This document shows, piece after piece, positions 39,127 to 52,500 of a DNA stretch of 64,000 bases (position 1 is the stretch's first letter; each line of letters starts with the position of its first letter). The notes under the pieces were generated by a model. It did no database searches. It was not told the DNA's origin and saw only the letters and a list, made by a program, of their open reading frames with translations. The translations under genes were made by a program, and so were the position numbers. This DNA comes from Pseudogymnoascus verrucosus (lineage: Eukaryota), in assembly GCA_001662655.1 (NCBI GenBank), contig KV460206.1. One strand, written 5' to 3'.

Positions 39127-39342
39127 ATGGTTTCAGCCTCGTGGACCAGCTTGCTCGCTTCCAACGAATTGCAGCGCTCCTCACACATAGTGTCTGTAGT
39201 GAACGGAAGTGCGTATATATTCGGAGGAGATCCGCGAGGATGGTTTGATGCAGACGTAGTTGGCCAGTCTGCAATTTTGGTGTCTGGTGGTTTGGGAGAG
39301 GAGAACAATCGGATTGATGATGCTTGGCTGCCCCAATTCTAA
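39127..39342 (+). pseudogene. Internally deleted kelch-repeat protein gene (71-aa remnant)
   Basis: N-terminal RSSHIVSVVNGSAYIFGG is fused in frame to C-terminal-type PRGWFDADVV..ILVSGGLGEENNRIDDAWL. The middle blades are missing. Confidence 0.7.
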
Positions 39343-39497
39343 GTGTATGAAATGCATTCTTAGATGAGAACTTTACAAGTCCTTTTCGTTCTTGAAAGAA
39401 TAGATCTTCTCAACTCCGATTTAATATTACTGCTCGCTGACATAATGTGGAATGTATGATTCATGAACTTGACAGTCTAAATGTTTTACATACCGAT

Positions 39498-41261
39498 CTA
39501 GATATCACTACTAGATGCGATCCTTCGGAGTCCCTGCTCCCTTGAGCGCTGCTTCCCCTTCTGGGAACGCACCATCTCCATCCACTTCGACAAATGCACC
39601 AGATGACCACGGCGTGAATAAACAAAGACAGTATACAATACGCTCGCAGCCACTATGGCGATGACACTAAGAAGCGTTGGCCATTTAAATTGTTCTGGCC
39701 GTGAGAAGATGATGGTAGAGGCGTAAGAGCAGAGCTCAAACACATTTTGCCACGAAGCTTCAACGGAAGAGAAGGATCCCCGATGAGCAGCTTCGACGTC
39801 CTACATGCAATGGATTGATCAGCTTGGGCGACTTGACACGACGGGGCGAATGACTGACCTCTTGGATAATTATCTGTGCACAGAGGTCGAAGCCTCTAAG
39901 ACCCATGCGGCTGAGGATTGTGCCAACCACAAGGCCGGAAGCAGACATGTTAGGCTGGTCGGAGAACGCCCAGAAGACCGATGTGCCAGCCACCAAGCAC
40001 ACTATCTGCCAATTAACCAGCCAGAGGCCGGCGCGTACAGGCCCGATTCTCCCCATCAGCCAAGGTGCAATCCACGTAGCTAGAACCTCAATGACTACAG
40101 AGAGGGTCCTGGCTATGCCTACCTGGGTAGAATTGTAACCGGCTGAGAGCAAATATGTGACCATCTGCCCTGCGAACGAGAGCACGGTTAAGTACAATAA
40201 AGCGCTGGCGAATGACGGTAGGAAAGCTGGATGATAAAAGTAGAGACTGAAATCATATACACTCTTCTGTATGACTTTGCGGACGTTGCGCCAGCTGTGT
40301 ACAAAGCGACCCCTATGTTCTGTTCTGCCAAGCGATTCGTCTCGTGGTTTTGTCTTAGGTTGTTGTAATTCTGGAACCTCGTAATAGACCTTCGAATGGC
40401 AGCTTTAGTATAACGTCTAATAAGGAGAATATGCCGGTTGAAGGACTTACTTGGGCTATTGCAAAGTATTCTACAGCGACTGACGCCACATTCATTCCTA
40501 AACTAACTAATATTGCTGCCTCTGTTGACATGCCATCTATAAGAGCTATAAATAGGGGCCCTATGAGTTTACAAGTCAAGTCGATCCGTCTCATTTGTGC
40601 ATTAATCACTAGGCTAGCAGTCAGTCAAAATATAATAAGACAGTACTCACCGACTAACCTCGTAATGCCGCTTGATCCTCTCCAGCGACAACGACAACCC
40701 AGTCTCTCTCAACGGACACCATGTTCATAATGGCGCAGAGTTTCTCAGCACAGGCTAGGACCGCCAGGAGCACCAACAGACCTGCTTCCGCGCCATGGGC
40801 ACGCGGCAAACCGATGGCGAGGATATAGAACGCAACGCACGATCCTGCTACAGTGAGACGCTGCATCACTATCTCAGGCAAAATCATGCAGCAATTAGCG
40901 CAATCCACTATGGAAATTAGGGACACATATTACCAATTGATAGCCTCACGACTTGAAGACGATTGCCTGTATCAATATACTGTCCAATGGCCGGGGAAAA
41001 GAGAATGGCCGTCGCTCCCCGAGCCAGAGCATAGACCGACATGGGCAGTAGGGTTCCAGGAAAGATGGAGGCTAGATAGAGCGCGGCCCCAAACTCGAAG
41101 ACTCGAGAATTCCATGTTGATAGGAAATGAGATATGTACAGCCGGTTAGTGACTCTTGCGGGCACCTGGCTGTCCCTTCTTTCGTCCCCCGTGCTGCCGT
41201 CTGGCACAACGCTTTCGGCATGGTCGGTAGGGGTAAGTAGAGGACTGCGTTCTTCGTCCAT
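39498..41261 (-). CDS. Ferroportin-like (SLC40/FPN1/IREG) metal exporter, 5 exons
   Basis: RLYISHFLSTWNSRVFEFG, SVERDWVV, INAQMRRIDLTCKLIGP and LSRMGLRGFDLCAQ motifs. Exons 40934-41261, 40659-40868, 40451-40608, 39859-40389 and 39498-39800 join in frame. Confidence 0.93.
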
Positions 41262-41949
41262 CGGCAGATAGGATCCCTCTGGTGAGGATCCTACAAACGG
41301 TACCGTTTTCGACTAGCCTGACGTTTGTGCAGATCTGCTTGCTCACTCATGGTTGAAGGAAGCGGGTCGAGGTCATTTGCGTGCACGTGACTTACACTTA
41401 TTTTTAAAGTCGCTATAAATATTATAAGTGGTCTAAAACTATATTACAGTAGTACGTAGATTACATTTATACTGGCATTATAATATTACAGGCGCTAAAA
41501 CATGGGAGATCGTAGCTTGGGCGACGGCGGCGTGGGATTGCGCGCCAGCCATAGATCTGTAAATCTCTATGATGCCATTCTCACCGATGGATCCGCGACG
41601 ATTTAGCTATGGCGGAGCTCTGGTTCCGCCCTGCATGTAGTATCACGGAAAAGAACAAAAGCACAAGTCCTAAGCCTTCCCCATTTAGTCGTCCCCGCAC
41701 AACATCTCCCCCGCAGCTAGGACGGGATTTGAGAATCGCCGAGCCACTCCGTGTTCACGACAACAGTGATATGCGGATCACTGTGCTGTAAGTTGAAATA
41801 TGTAGAGATATAAGGTTGCGTGTATGCTGGCATCGCGCAACCAGTATTGTTAACTTGTTTTTGTAAACTAAAGTGTCCCTGGCACCCGTCATACGTAAAG
41901 GAAATTAGCTGGGCAATTTTCAAATACTCGACGAAGCAGTTGCGCCAAC

Positions 41950-44690
41950 ATGGCTCTTTTCTCCTCAGAGGTGCTTTCGTCAGGATGGGAATTCAAGCTC
42001 ACTGAAGAGAGCCAGCTGGACTCGTGGCTCCCCGTCGCCAAGGTACCAACGGTGGTCCATCTCGATCTCCTAGACAATAAGAAGTATGATTTGACGCTTA
42101 CAACGTGACATAAACTAATGTAATGTAGAATACTCGATCCTTCCCTAGATATGAACGAGCTGCAGACGCACTGGGTTGGCGAAAAGTCATGGACATACCG
42201 ATGCCAGTTCACCGTCGGCTCGAAGGTAGAAGGAACAAAAACCGTTTTGGTATTTGAGGGCCTAGACACATTTGCGACAGTGCGACTAAATGACACGGAA
42301 ATCCTAAAATCTGAGAACATGTTCATAGCATACCATGTTGATGTCACGGCGACGATAGCTTTTAATAGCCTTAACACCATCGAAATCGACTTCGAGTCTG
42401 CACTTCTCCGTGCCCGCGAAATCGGGAAAGAACATCCCGAGCATCGCTTCATTGGACATCAAACCGAGCCGGAACGGATTGCCGTTCGAAAAACTCAGTG
42501 CCATTGGGGGTGGGATTGGGGCCCGAAGTTGATGACCGCGGGACCATGGAGACCAGTCCGACTGGAAACATACGCTAGCAAGATTGAGAACCTTTGGCTT
42601 GATAGTACCTTGGATTCCGACCTCAATGCGTGTAGAGGGAACATTTTCGCGCATGTAGATGGAGAGGCTGGCGCGAAAGTACTGTTCACGCTGTCGTTGG
42701 AAGGCACAACGGTATTCGAAGTGGAGTGTACGCCCAGTTCTAAAGGGGCCATACAAACGCCCTTTGTTCTCCAAAAGCCATCCTTGTGGTATCCGCACGG
42801 CTATGGAGCTCAAACTCGGTATGTTTTGGAAGCATCACTTGTCATTAATGGTGTTGTTCTACATCGTGTCGAGCAAAAGATTGGTTTTCGCCGTGCCGAA
42901 TTGATACAAGAAAAAGACACGAATGGGAAGTCGTTCTACTTCCGGATCAATGGAATTGACGTTTTTGCAGGAGGATCATGTTGGATTCCTGCTGACAATT
43001 TCACGCCGCGAATTTCTTCCGACAGGTATAGAGAGTGGCTGACGTTGATGGTAGAGGGGAATCAAATCATGACTCGGTGAGCAATACCAAGCACAATGCA
43101 GAAGTAGCCGCTGACAGACCGCAGGATATGGGGAGGAGGTATCTTTGAAGAAGAGGTATTCTACGACGTCTGTGACGAGCTTGGGATTTTAGTATGGCAG
43201 GACTTTCTCTTTGCCTGCGGCTCCTACCCGACCTACCCCTCACTACTCGAGTCCATCGAAGCAGAAGCACGATCAAATGTACGCCGGTTGCGCCACCACC
43301 CCTCAGTAATAATTTATGCCGGAGGAAATGAAGATTATCAAATTCAACAGACCTACAACCTCGACTATGACTATGACGGCGACAAAGATCCCGAGTCGTG
43401 GCTGAAAAGCTCGTTCCCGTCGCGGTATATCTTTGAGTATCTCTTACCAAACACACTGGCGGAAGAGGACTCGCAGGCAATTTACCATCCGAGCAGCCCA
43501 TGGGGTGATGGAAAGCACACCACAGATCCAACTGTTGGCGATATCCATCAATGGGACGGTAAGCAACGTGGCTGCACCGCGTAAACCCCCAGATACTAAC
43601 GTCTCTCCAGTTTGGAACGGCCTCATGAAACCATACCAGGACTTTCCCATCATGGGGGGACGTTTCAACAGTGAATTCGGCATGGAGGGATATCCTCATA
43701 TGAGCACTATCAAGGCCTTCATCAGCGACGAGAGTGAAATGCATGCGCAATCCCTAACAATGGACTTTCATAACAAGGCGAATTTCCACGAAAGGCGCCT
43801 CGCAACATATGTGCACGAGAATTTCCGGGTATCTTCAGCTGACTTCAAGGTAAGTCGATATGCAACTCCTGTGAATCGGAATGTAACCGGCTCTATAGTA
43901 CTGGGTCTACTTGACGCAACTTCTACAATCTGAGGCTATGCACTATGCCTACACCAGGTGGCGACGCGAATGGGGGACGCCTGGCGAGCGTCGGTGTGGG
44001 GGTGCCCTCGTTTGGCAACTCAACGACTGCTGGCCAACCATCTCCTGGGCAGTTGTTGATTACTTCTTAGTCAAAAAGCCGGCATTCTACGCGATTCAGC
44101 GGGCCCTTAGACCAGTATCAATAGCTGTCGCTCGCACCCACAATGAGTGGACAAAAGGGCATGTTGCGCCTGATCCCACGTCGAAGTACGATGTATGGAT
44201 TGCAAGCAGCAACGTCTCGGGCGTAAGGACCGCGAAAGTCGAACTGAGGTTTATATCCATCAAGACAGGTCTTGATGTCGTGGATCCGCAAACAGAAGAC
44301 GTGGAAATCAAACCTAATGGCACAACCACAGTACGAGAGAATGTCACCATCGACAACCCACCTACACTCGAAGCATTCGTCTTGTCTGCGACACTGTCTA
44401 TTGAGGGAGAAGTTATAGCTCGCGACGCCGACTGGCCGCAGCCATTCAAATACTTGTCTTTCAGAGAAGACCGAGGGTTGACGATTACGCTGTCTGAGTC
44501 GCGAGACACTATTTCAATCACCGCTAAGAAGCCGGTGAAGGGGCTGGTATTCGCAGAGCGGGTGGGACTGAGCTTCAGTGAAAATGGCCTCGACATCCTC
44601 CCTGGACACGAGTACAACATTCATGTGGGCGGCTTAAAGGAAGACGAGGAGCTGGAATGGGTGTTCCTCGGCGCCAGTGAAAGTCATTAA
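41950..44690 (+). CDS. Glycoside hydrolase family 2 beta-mannosidase (intracellular, no signal peptide)
   Basis: LVFEGLDTFA, HWGWDWGP, GSCWIPAD, GGNED, SEFGMEGYP and WQLNDCWP motifs. Four introns. Confidence 0.95.
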
Positions 44691-44789
44691 TATAGTAATC
44701 GATGCACAATTCGTAAAGACCATTCTATACCAAGCACATATACAATTTCATCCATTATTTCACATCCCCTCGTGACTTCTCATCCCCTC

Positions 44790-45790
<1,001 letters not shown>

Positions 45791-46272
45791 TGTGTCTTTC
45801 CCTATGCTCTTGTGACGAATATATTCCGAGTTCAGTTCTGTCATAACGTGGTGGTTATCAACCAATGCTCGGACTAACATAAACCCGGGTACGAGCTCCA
45901 GTTTATCGCTGTGACCGCTCAAAGTGTGGAGTCGACAGGGTAAACTAACCAGCGACTATCCGTCCCGTCAACCATCGACCAAATGCGAAACCATACATTC
46001 GAGCTTCCGTGGCCTTTGGACGTAGAAAAGCGTCCTGACACCGAGTAGCTCAATCGAAAGCCTTCAGCCCTCCGACCCTACTACGAACCCCCACTAGCAG
46101 TCGAGAAACCACCGCCTCGAAAGCTCGGTCAGCACGTCGCATCCCCACGACCCCCCTTTCCTGACCCGCCCAGCTCCGCGCAGCCTCGTCAGCACCCCGC
46201 GCCCCCGAGGACTCGAACTCGACGCCCTCACCCGCCACCCGCGGATAGGCCTACTAGGCACGGGCAGGCCGG

Positions 46273-49200
46273 ATGGCGAGCTCGGCGGCGGCCGGCTTCC
46301 TGAGCCGGGGCACGAATGGCGGTGGCTCGAACATGCGCGGGCTCGTGCAGTTCATTGCGGACCTGCGGAACGCGCGCGCGCGCGATCTCGAGGAGAAGCG
46401 CATCAATAAGGAGTTGGCGAATATCCGACAGAAGTTCAAGGATGGGAGTCTCAGCGGATACCACAAGAAGAAGTATGTCTGCAAGCTGCTGTATATCTAT
46501 ATCTTGGGGTGGAATGTGGATTTTGGACATCTCGAGGCCATGAATCTTATCTCGGCGAATAAGTACTCGGAGAAGCAGATTGGGTATCTTGCGATGACGC
46601 TGTTTCTGCATGAGGAGCATGAGCTGTTGCATTTGGTGGTTAACAGTATACGGAAGGATTTGTTGGACCACAACGAGCTCTTCAACTGCTTGGCTCTGCA
46701 CGCCATTGCCAACGTGGGAGGAAGAGAGATGGGAGAAGCGCTCAGTGGAGAAGTCCACCGACTGCTGATTTCTCCAGCTTCAAAGTCGTTTGTGAAGAAG
46801 AAGGCTGCCCTCACACTGCTCCGGTTGTACCGGAAGCACCCAGATATCGTTCAGCCGCAGTGGGCGGAGCGCATCATCTCTCTCATGGATGATGCGGATA
46901 TGGGAGTTGCTCTGTCTGTTACCTCACTGGTTATGGCGCTTGCACAAGACAATCCAGAGCAGTACAGAGGGTCATATGTCAAGGCTGCTTCGCGCCTGAA
47001 GCGGATACTTGTTGACAACGAGTATCAGCCTGATTATCTGTATTACAAAGTTCCCTGCCCGTGGATTCAAGTTAAGATGTTGCGTTTGCTACAATATTTC
47101 CCTCCTTCAGGTATGTTCATCCCCTCTCTCTGCCGTACAGAAATTGACCAATAATCCAGATGATACCCATGTCCGGGAACTCCTTCGAGAGTCACTGCAA
47201 AAGATTCTCAACCTAGCACTGGAGATGCCCAAGAACGTTCAGCAAAACAACGCACAAAATGCCGTTCTTTTTGAAGCTATTAATTTGATCATCCACCTTG
47301 ATACCGAGCACGCACTCATGAAGCAGATATCCTCTCGGTTGGGGAGGTTCATTCAATCACGAGAAACGAATGTCCGCTACCTAGGCCTGGAAGCCATGAC
47401 CCATCTTGCTGCACGAGCGGAGACCTTGGATCCGATTAAGCAGCACCAGGATATTATCATCGGTTCCCTGAAGGACCGTGATATTAGCGTCAGGAGAAAG
47501 GGTCTCGACTTACTCTACAGCATGTGCGACGCCAGCAACGCCCAACCAATCGTAGGTGAGCTGCTCAAGTTCCTACAAAACGCCGACTTCGCCATACGCG
47601 AGGAGATGGTCCTGAAGATTGCGATTCTGACCGAGAAATACGCCACCGACGTGCAGTGGTACGTGGACATCTCCCTCCGCCTGATCGCCATGGCCGGTGA
47701 CCACGTCAGCGACGAGGTCTGGCACCGAGTCATCCAGATCGTCACCAACAACGAAGAGCTCCAGATCTACGCCGCGCAAAACACGCTCCAGTACGTCAAC
47801 GCCGAGCACTGCCACGAGACGCTCGTCAAGATCGGAGCCTACATACTCGGCGAATTCGGCCACCTCATCGCCGAAGACAAGAACTGCAGTCCGATCGAGC
47901 AATTCCTCGCCCTGCAAGGCAAGCTCCAAGGCTCCTCCTCCAGCACCCGCGCCATCATCCTCTCCTCCTTCATCAAATTCGTCAACCTCTTCCCCGAGAT
48001 CAAGCCGCAGCTGCTCCAAGTCTTCCGCGTCTACAGCCACACCTTGGACTCGGAACTCCAACAGCGTGCCTGCGAGTACCTCACCATCGCCTGCCTCCCC
48101 ACCGACGACCTACTCCGCACAATCTGCGACGAGATGCCTCCCTTCCCCGAGCGCGAATCCGCCTTACTGTCGCGGCTGCACCAGAAGCACGCTGGTACGA
48201 GCGATAAACGCACCTGGGTCATCGGCGGGAAAGACGCCAACGCCGACGCGCGCGAGCTCAATCTGGCGAAGAACCCAGGCCTCAAGCGCGCGTTCAGCAA
48301 CCAGACCGCTCCGCTCGCCGATAAGACTAGCCCCTCGATCCCCGGCCCAGACGGCTCCCTCGCCAGCCCAACCGGCGTACACGACCTCGCCGGGCTCGAC
48401 ATGCGTAACCTCGGCCCCGCGGAACCCAAGACCCTCAAGGCACCCAACCTCGCCAGCGCTGCTCACTTATCTCCAGACTGGGAAGTCGGGTACCAGCGCC
48501 TGCTCCTCAAGAACGAAGGCGTGCTCTACGAAGATCGCCAGATCCAAGTTGGCTTCCGCGCCGAGTTCCGCGGCCAGGCAGCATGCGTGATCCTCTACTT
48601 CTCCAACAAAGCTTCGAGTGCCATCAGTTCCTTCACCACCACCCTAGATGTCCCCGCGGAGGACAAGGCGAAACTGACATACGACGTCAAGGGCCTACCG
48701 GACGCGACCCTCAACGAAGGCGCGCAGGCCCAACAAATGATAATGTTCGAAGCGCGCGCGCCCTTCTCCAAGCCCCCCACAATGCGCATCTCCTACCTGG
48801 CCGGCGCGCTGCAAGCACTCACCCTCGCGCTCCCCCTCACCGTGCACAAGTTCATGGAATCAGCAGCGCTGTCGTCTGAGGATTTCTTCAGGCGGTGGAA
48901 GCAGATTGGCGGTGCGCCGCGGGAGGCGCAGCTGGTGTTTGGGGTTAAGGGGGTGGGTAGGTTTGATGCGGCAGGGGTGAGGAGGTGTGTGGAGGGATTT
49001 AGGTGGGGGGTGTTGGATGGGGTTGATCCGAATGCGAGGAATATTGTTGGGGCGAGCGTGTTGCATACTAGTGAGGTGGGGAAGGTTGGATGTTTGCTGA
49101 GGTTGGAGCCGAATTATGAGACGCAGGTATGTTTGTTTTCCGAGTTTTGCATGTCATTGCACTCTCTTACCTTTTTTCCGTTTCCTTCCTACCTACTCTT

Positions 49201-49532
49201 ACTCCTACTCCTGCACCTACTCCTGCCTCTTACCTCATCCCTCATTTCTCCCTCTGCTTCCTTTTTATTTTGTTGTCATCGCACTTGCACTCCGACAATG
49301 GCGTGCTCCCTCCCTACCCAACTCCCGAGACAATCCAGAACCCGACGACTAACACCCCCAGATGCTCCGCCTAACCATCCGCGCCACCGATGCCTCCGTC
49401 CCCTCCCTCCTCCTCGCCCTAATGACCGAGCGCCTCTCCTCCGGGACCGCCCAGCCCGCCACCATACACCGCGCCGAGACATCGCGGAGCGAGATGAATG
49501 ACGCGTTTGCGAATGTGATGGTTGAGGGGTAA
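46273..49532 (+). CDS. APL3: AP-2 adaptor complex alpha subunit
   Basis: MRGLVQFIADLRN, EEKRINKELANIRQKF and ELQQRACEY motifs; appendage ends GCLLRLEPN|MLRLTIRAT. Introns ~47111-47159 and 49127-49361. Confidence 0.97.
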
Positions 49533-52500
49533 TCCCTTCTTGCAGCCTACATCATGCGGCCCACACCTAAGTCCCTGGTCGCTGGTCCCTAATCCAGGTG
49601 GATGAACTGGTGGGGGTATGCCATCCGGGAAGGCTAGAGACGCAGTCCCGGCTCCGGGTGAGTGGACAGGGTGCGGCATGGTGGGGTATTGGTATGGGAC
49701 GGTGTGGGAGGGGCTAGAAGAAACTCACGATACGATACGATACGATATAGTGCCTGCACCGCATCGGGATCTATGATCAAAGTTGCAAGCAAGATGGGGG
49801 GTGGTGGGTGAGGGGCGTGGGGGATCTGCGCGCGGGTAGGAGTGGGGGTAGTTTGTTGATAAGGCGTGATGAAAGGTGTGGATGGATGGGGGTGGGGGGT
49901 TATATACGTACATAGGGATGTATGTACACGCTACGATTTTGATTCTGAATCTGGTATGTCTTTGTTTGGGTGTGTTGAAGTGAAGTGTCACCGGCGCGAT
50001 GTGAGCGGCTGCGGTGAATGTCGTCGTGAAGTTGGAATGAGGGAGTTGTGTACTTACCTTTTGCAATGTCGTTGTTGCCCCCCCACCCCACGCTGGAATC
50101 GTAGAGTCCAATGCTTACAAGCAGTACGAACACATGCCACACGCAGCACCCTCCCTTCTACCTCCCAACTTACCTTTCTGAACCCACCCCCCGCCACCAC
50201 CACCCACACTCACTCACATCATGACCCTCCTCCACCACACCACCACCACATCCACCACATCCACCTATCTCCCACCCCCAAAATACCCGCCTATTCACCC
50301 ACCCACCCCAAGCGTCCGCTCGGTCCGACCCCCTCCCTGGGACTTGCTACGACAAAACACCACGTTGCGCACACGTGGCAGCGGTAGATTGCAGTGCGCT
50401 GCATTGCATTGCATTGCCTCTCTCCCCCCCTGGATCGTAGCAGTAGCAGTAGCAGAAGGAGGTGGTAGGAGGTGGTTGTGGTGGTGGTGGTGGTTTGATC
50501 ATCGCTGGGGTTGGGTGTTGGGGATTTGCCTCGGTGGTGAGGTGAGGTGGTGAGGGCGGAATGTCGCGGGAGATGTTGGAGGGTTATGCGAGCCTCGGCA
50601 GGAGGATGTCGCTGCTGCTGCTGCTGTGTTCCGGGAACTTACCTGTAGCAAGCATGCAAGCTGACCGTTTCCATCCCATTCCGATCCCGTTTCCCATCGG
50701 GAAGGAATGTCGTGGAACAAACCGGCCGGGAAAGATCGCACAACAAAAACCCGTTGAGATGCTGCAGCCAGCCATAGCTGCAGCCAGCCCGCCAGCGAGC
50801 GATGCCCATAGCTCACTCAGCCAGGTAGGGGCATCGCGGCAGGGCCAGGGTTAGGGATATTTGAATTTGCGGCACCACAACGGTCGGTTCGGCGGTCTCG
50901 CAGGTTGCATTTCGGAGAAATTTGAAACGGGCGAGCATCCTGGAAGACCAGCCGCTTCCCTACTCTACTCCCTGTTTGCGGTATCCATGCGTGCATACAA
51001 TAGGCTTCCAAATAACCCTCACGCGCGGCTGCACTATTGCACACACACACACACGGACACGGTACAGTAAAGTAGATTCGTACAGTACCCTCCCTAACGG
51101 CACCTACCGCCGCTCCCCCCCTCCTCCCGTTCTCCCCGGCCCCAACAACACCGCCCTCCCTTCCATTCATCGAAAGACCGAAAACCAAGAAAACCAGATG
51201 ATCTAGCTCCATCCCAAAGAACAAAGAACGACCGACGCGCCGGCGGCGATCGACCGACCGACCGCGCATGCATGCGCCCCGCAAAAGGGGATACACACAT
51301 ACGGTACAGGTATACAGGTACCAACCCATCAACGGCCGTCGGCTCTAGCCCGAACGGGCACGCTCATCTCCGCGCGGTCGGATCCCGTGCGCGGGATGGG
51401 GGGGAGCGGCTCCGTGGTGGTGGGTGGGTGGGTGGGTGACGGGCGGTGTTTCAGGATGGGGGGCAGAGATTTCTCCGGGGTTGTATGGGGGAGATGTGCG
51501 GTGGGTGGTGGTTCGGAGAGTTGGCGAGATGATGGTGGTTTTTGGTGGTTGGTGATGATGGATGGGATTGGAATGGAGGAGGGATCGACTTTGGGTGGGG
51601 GACGAGCGAAAGGGCGCGAGGGAGGGAAGGGAACGGAAGGAAGGAAGGGTGGTTAGGGGGGTGGGGTTTCGGGTGCGTGCCGAGTGGTTTGGTTTCGTTG
51701 GTCTGATATTGGGTTTCGATGAAGGGGAAAGTGGGAAAGTAGGAAAGTGAGTTGGGAAGTAGAAGTGGAATGCAGGCGACAAACGCGATCCGTGAATCGC
51801 AAGGCCCATCCCGAACGCCTTCGCTGCACGTAGCCGTGAATATCAGATGAACTGCGTTCCATTCCACAGAACTCACTCCTGCGGGTGGGTGGACACACAC
51901 ACACAGAAGCCTGGCCCAGCCTCCCGAGCGGAGCCTTAAAGTTAAGTGCCGCCAGTCAGTCGGGCAGTCACATCTTAACAAACGCCACATATCGCCGTAA
52001 AAAAAGATAATGAGACACGTAAATATCGCGATGGTGGATGGGAAATGGGATATGTGACTCGTAGCCCGGGTGCCGTGTCAATCGCCCGTCAACGACTCGC
52101 ACCCATCCCTCCCACCGCGTCGGTAATGAATCCGAAACCACGAATCGGGGAGATAGGCAGACGCGGACTCACTCAGACAAAAAGCGGGCTTTGCATTTGC
52201 ATGGATTGGCCTTTCCACTTCCCGTGCTGCGCGCGCGGCGGCGGCGCATCCAAGATGAAGGCTTGCCGAAAGATTGCGGAAGTGCGGACGATGCTGCAGG
52301 TACGGCGCAGGAGAAGAAGCAGCTACGGTACAGCTCCCGCGGGCGGCGCTCCGCACATGTGCAGCCCGGTTGCCTCGTGGCGCCGGGGAAGCTGCAGGAG
52401 AGCTTCCGTAGCGCCATCCCGGCGGAAGGCTGGGTGGGGTGGGTGAGATCGCAGCGTTTGCTGAAAGGGGTTTAGGGTCATTTTAGGGAAAAAAGGTACG

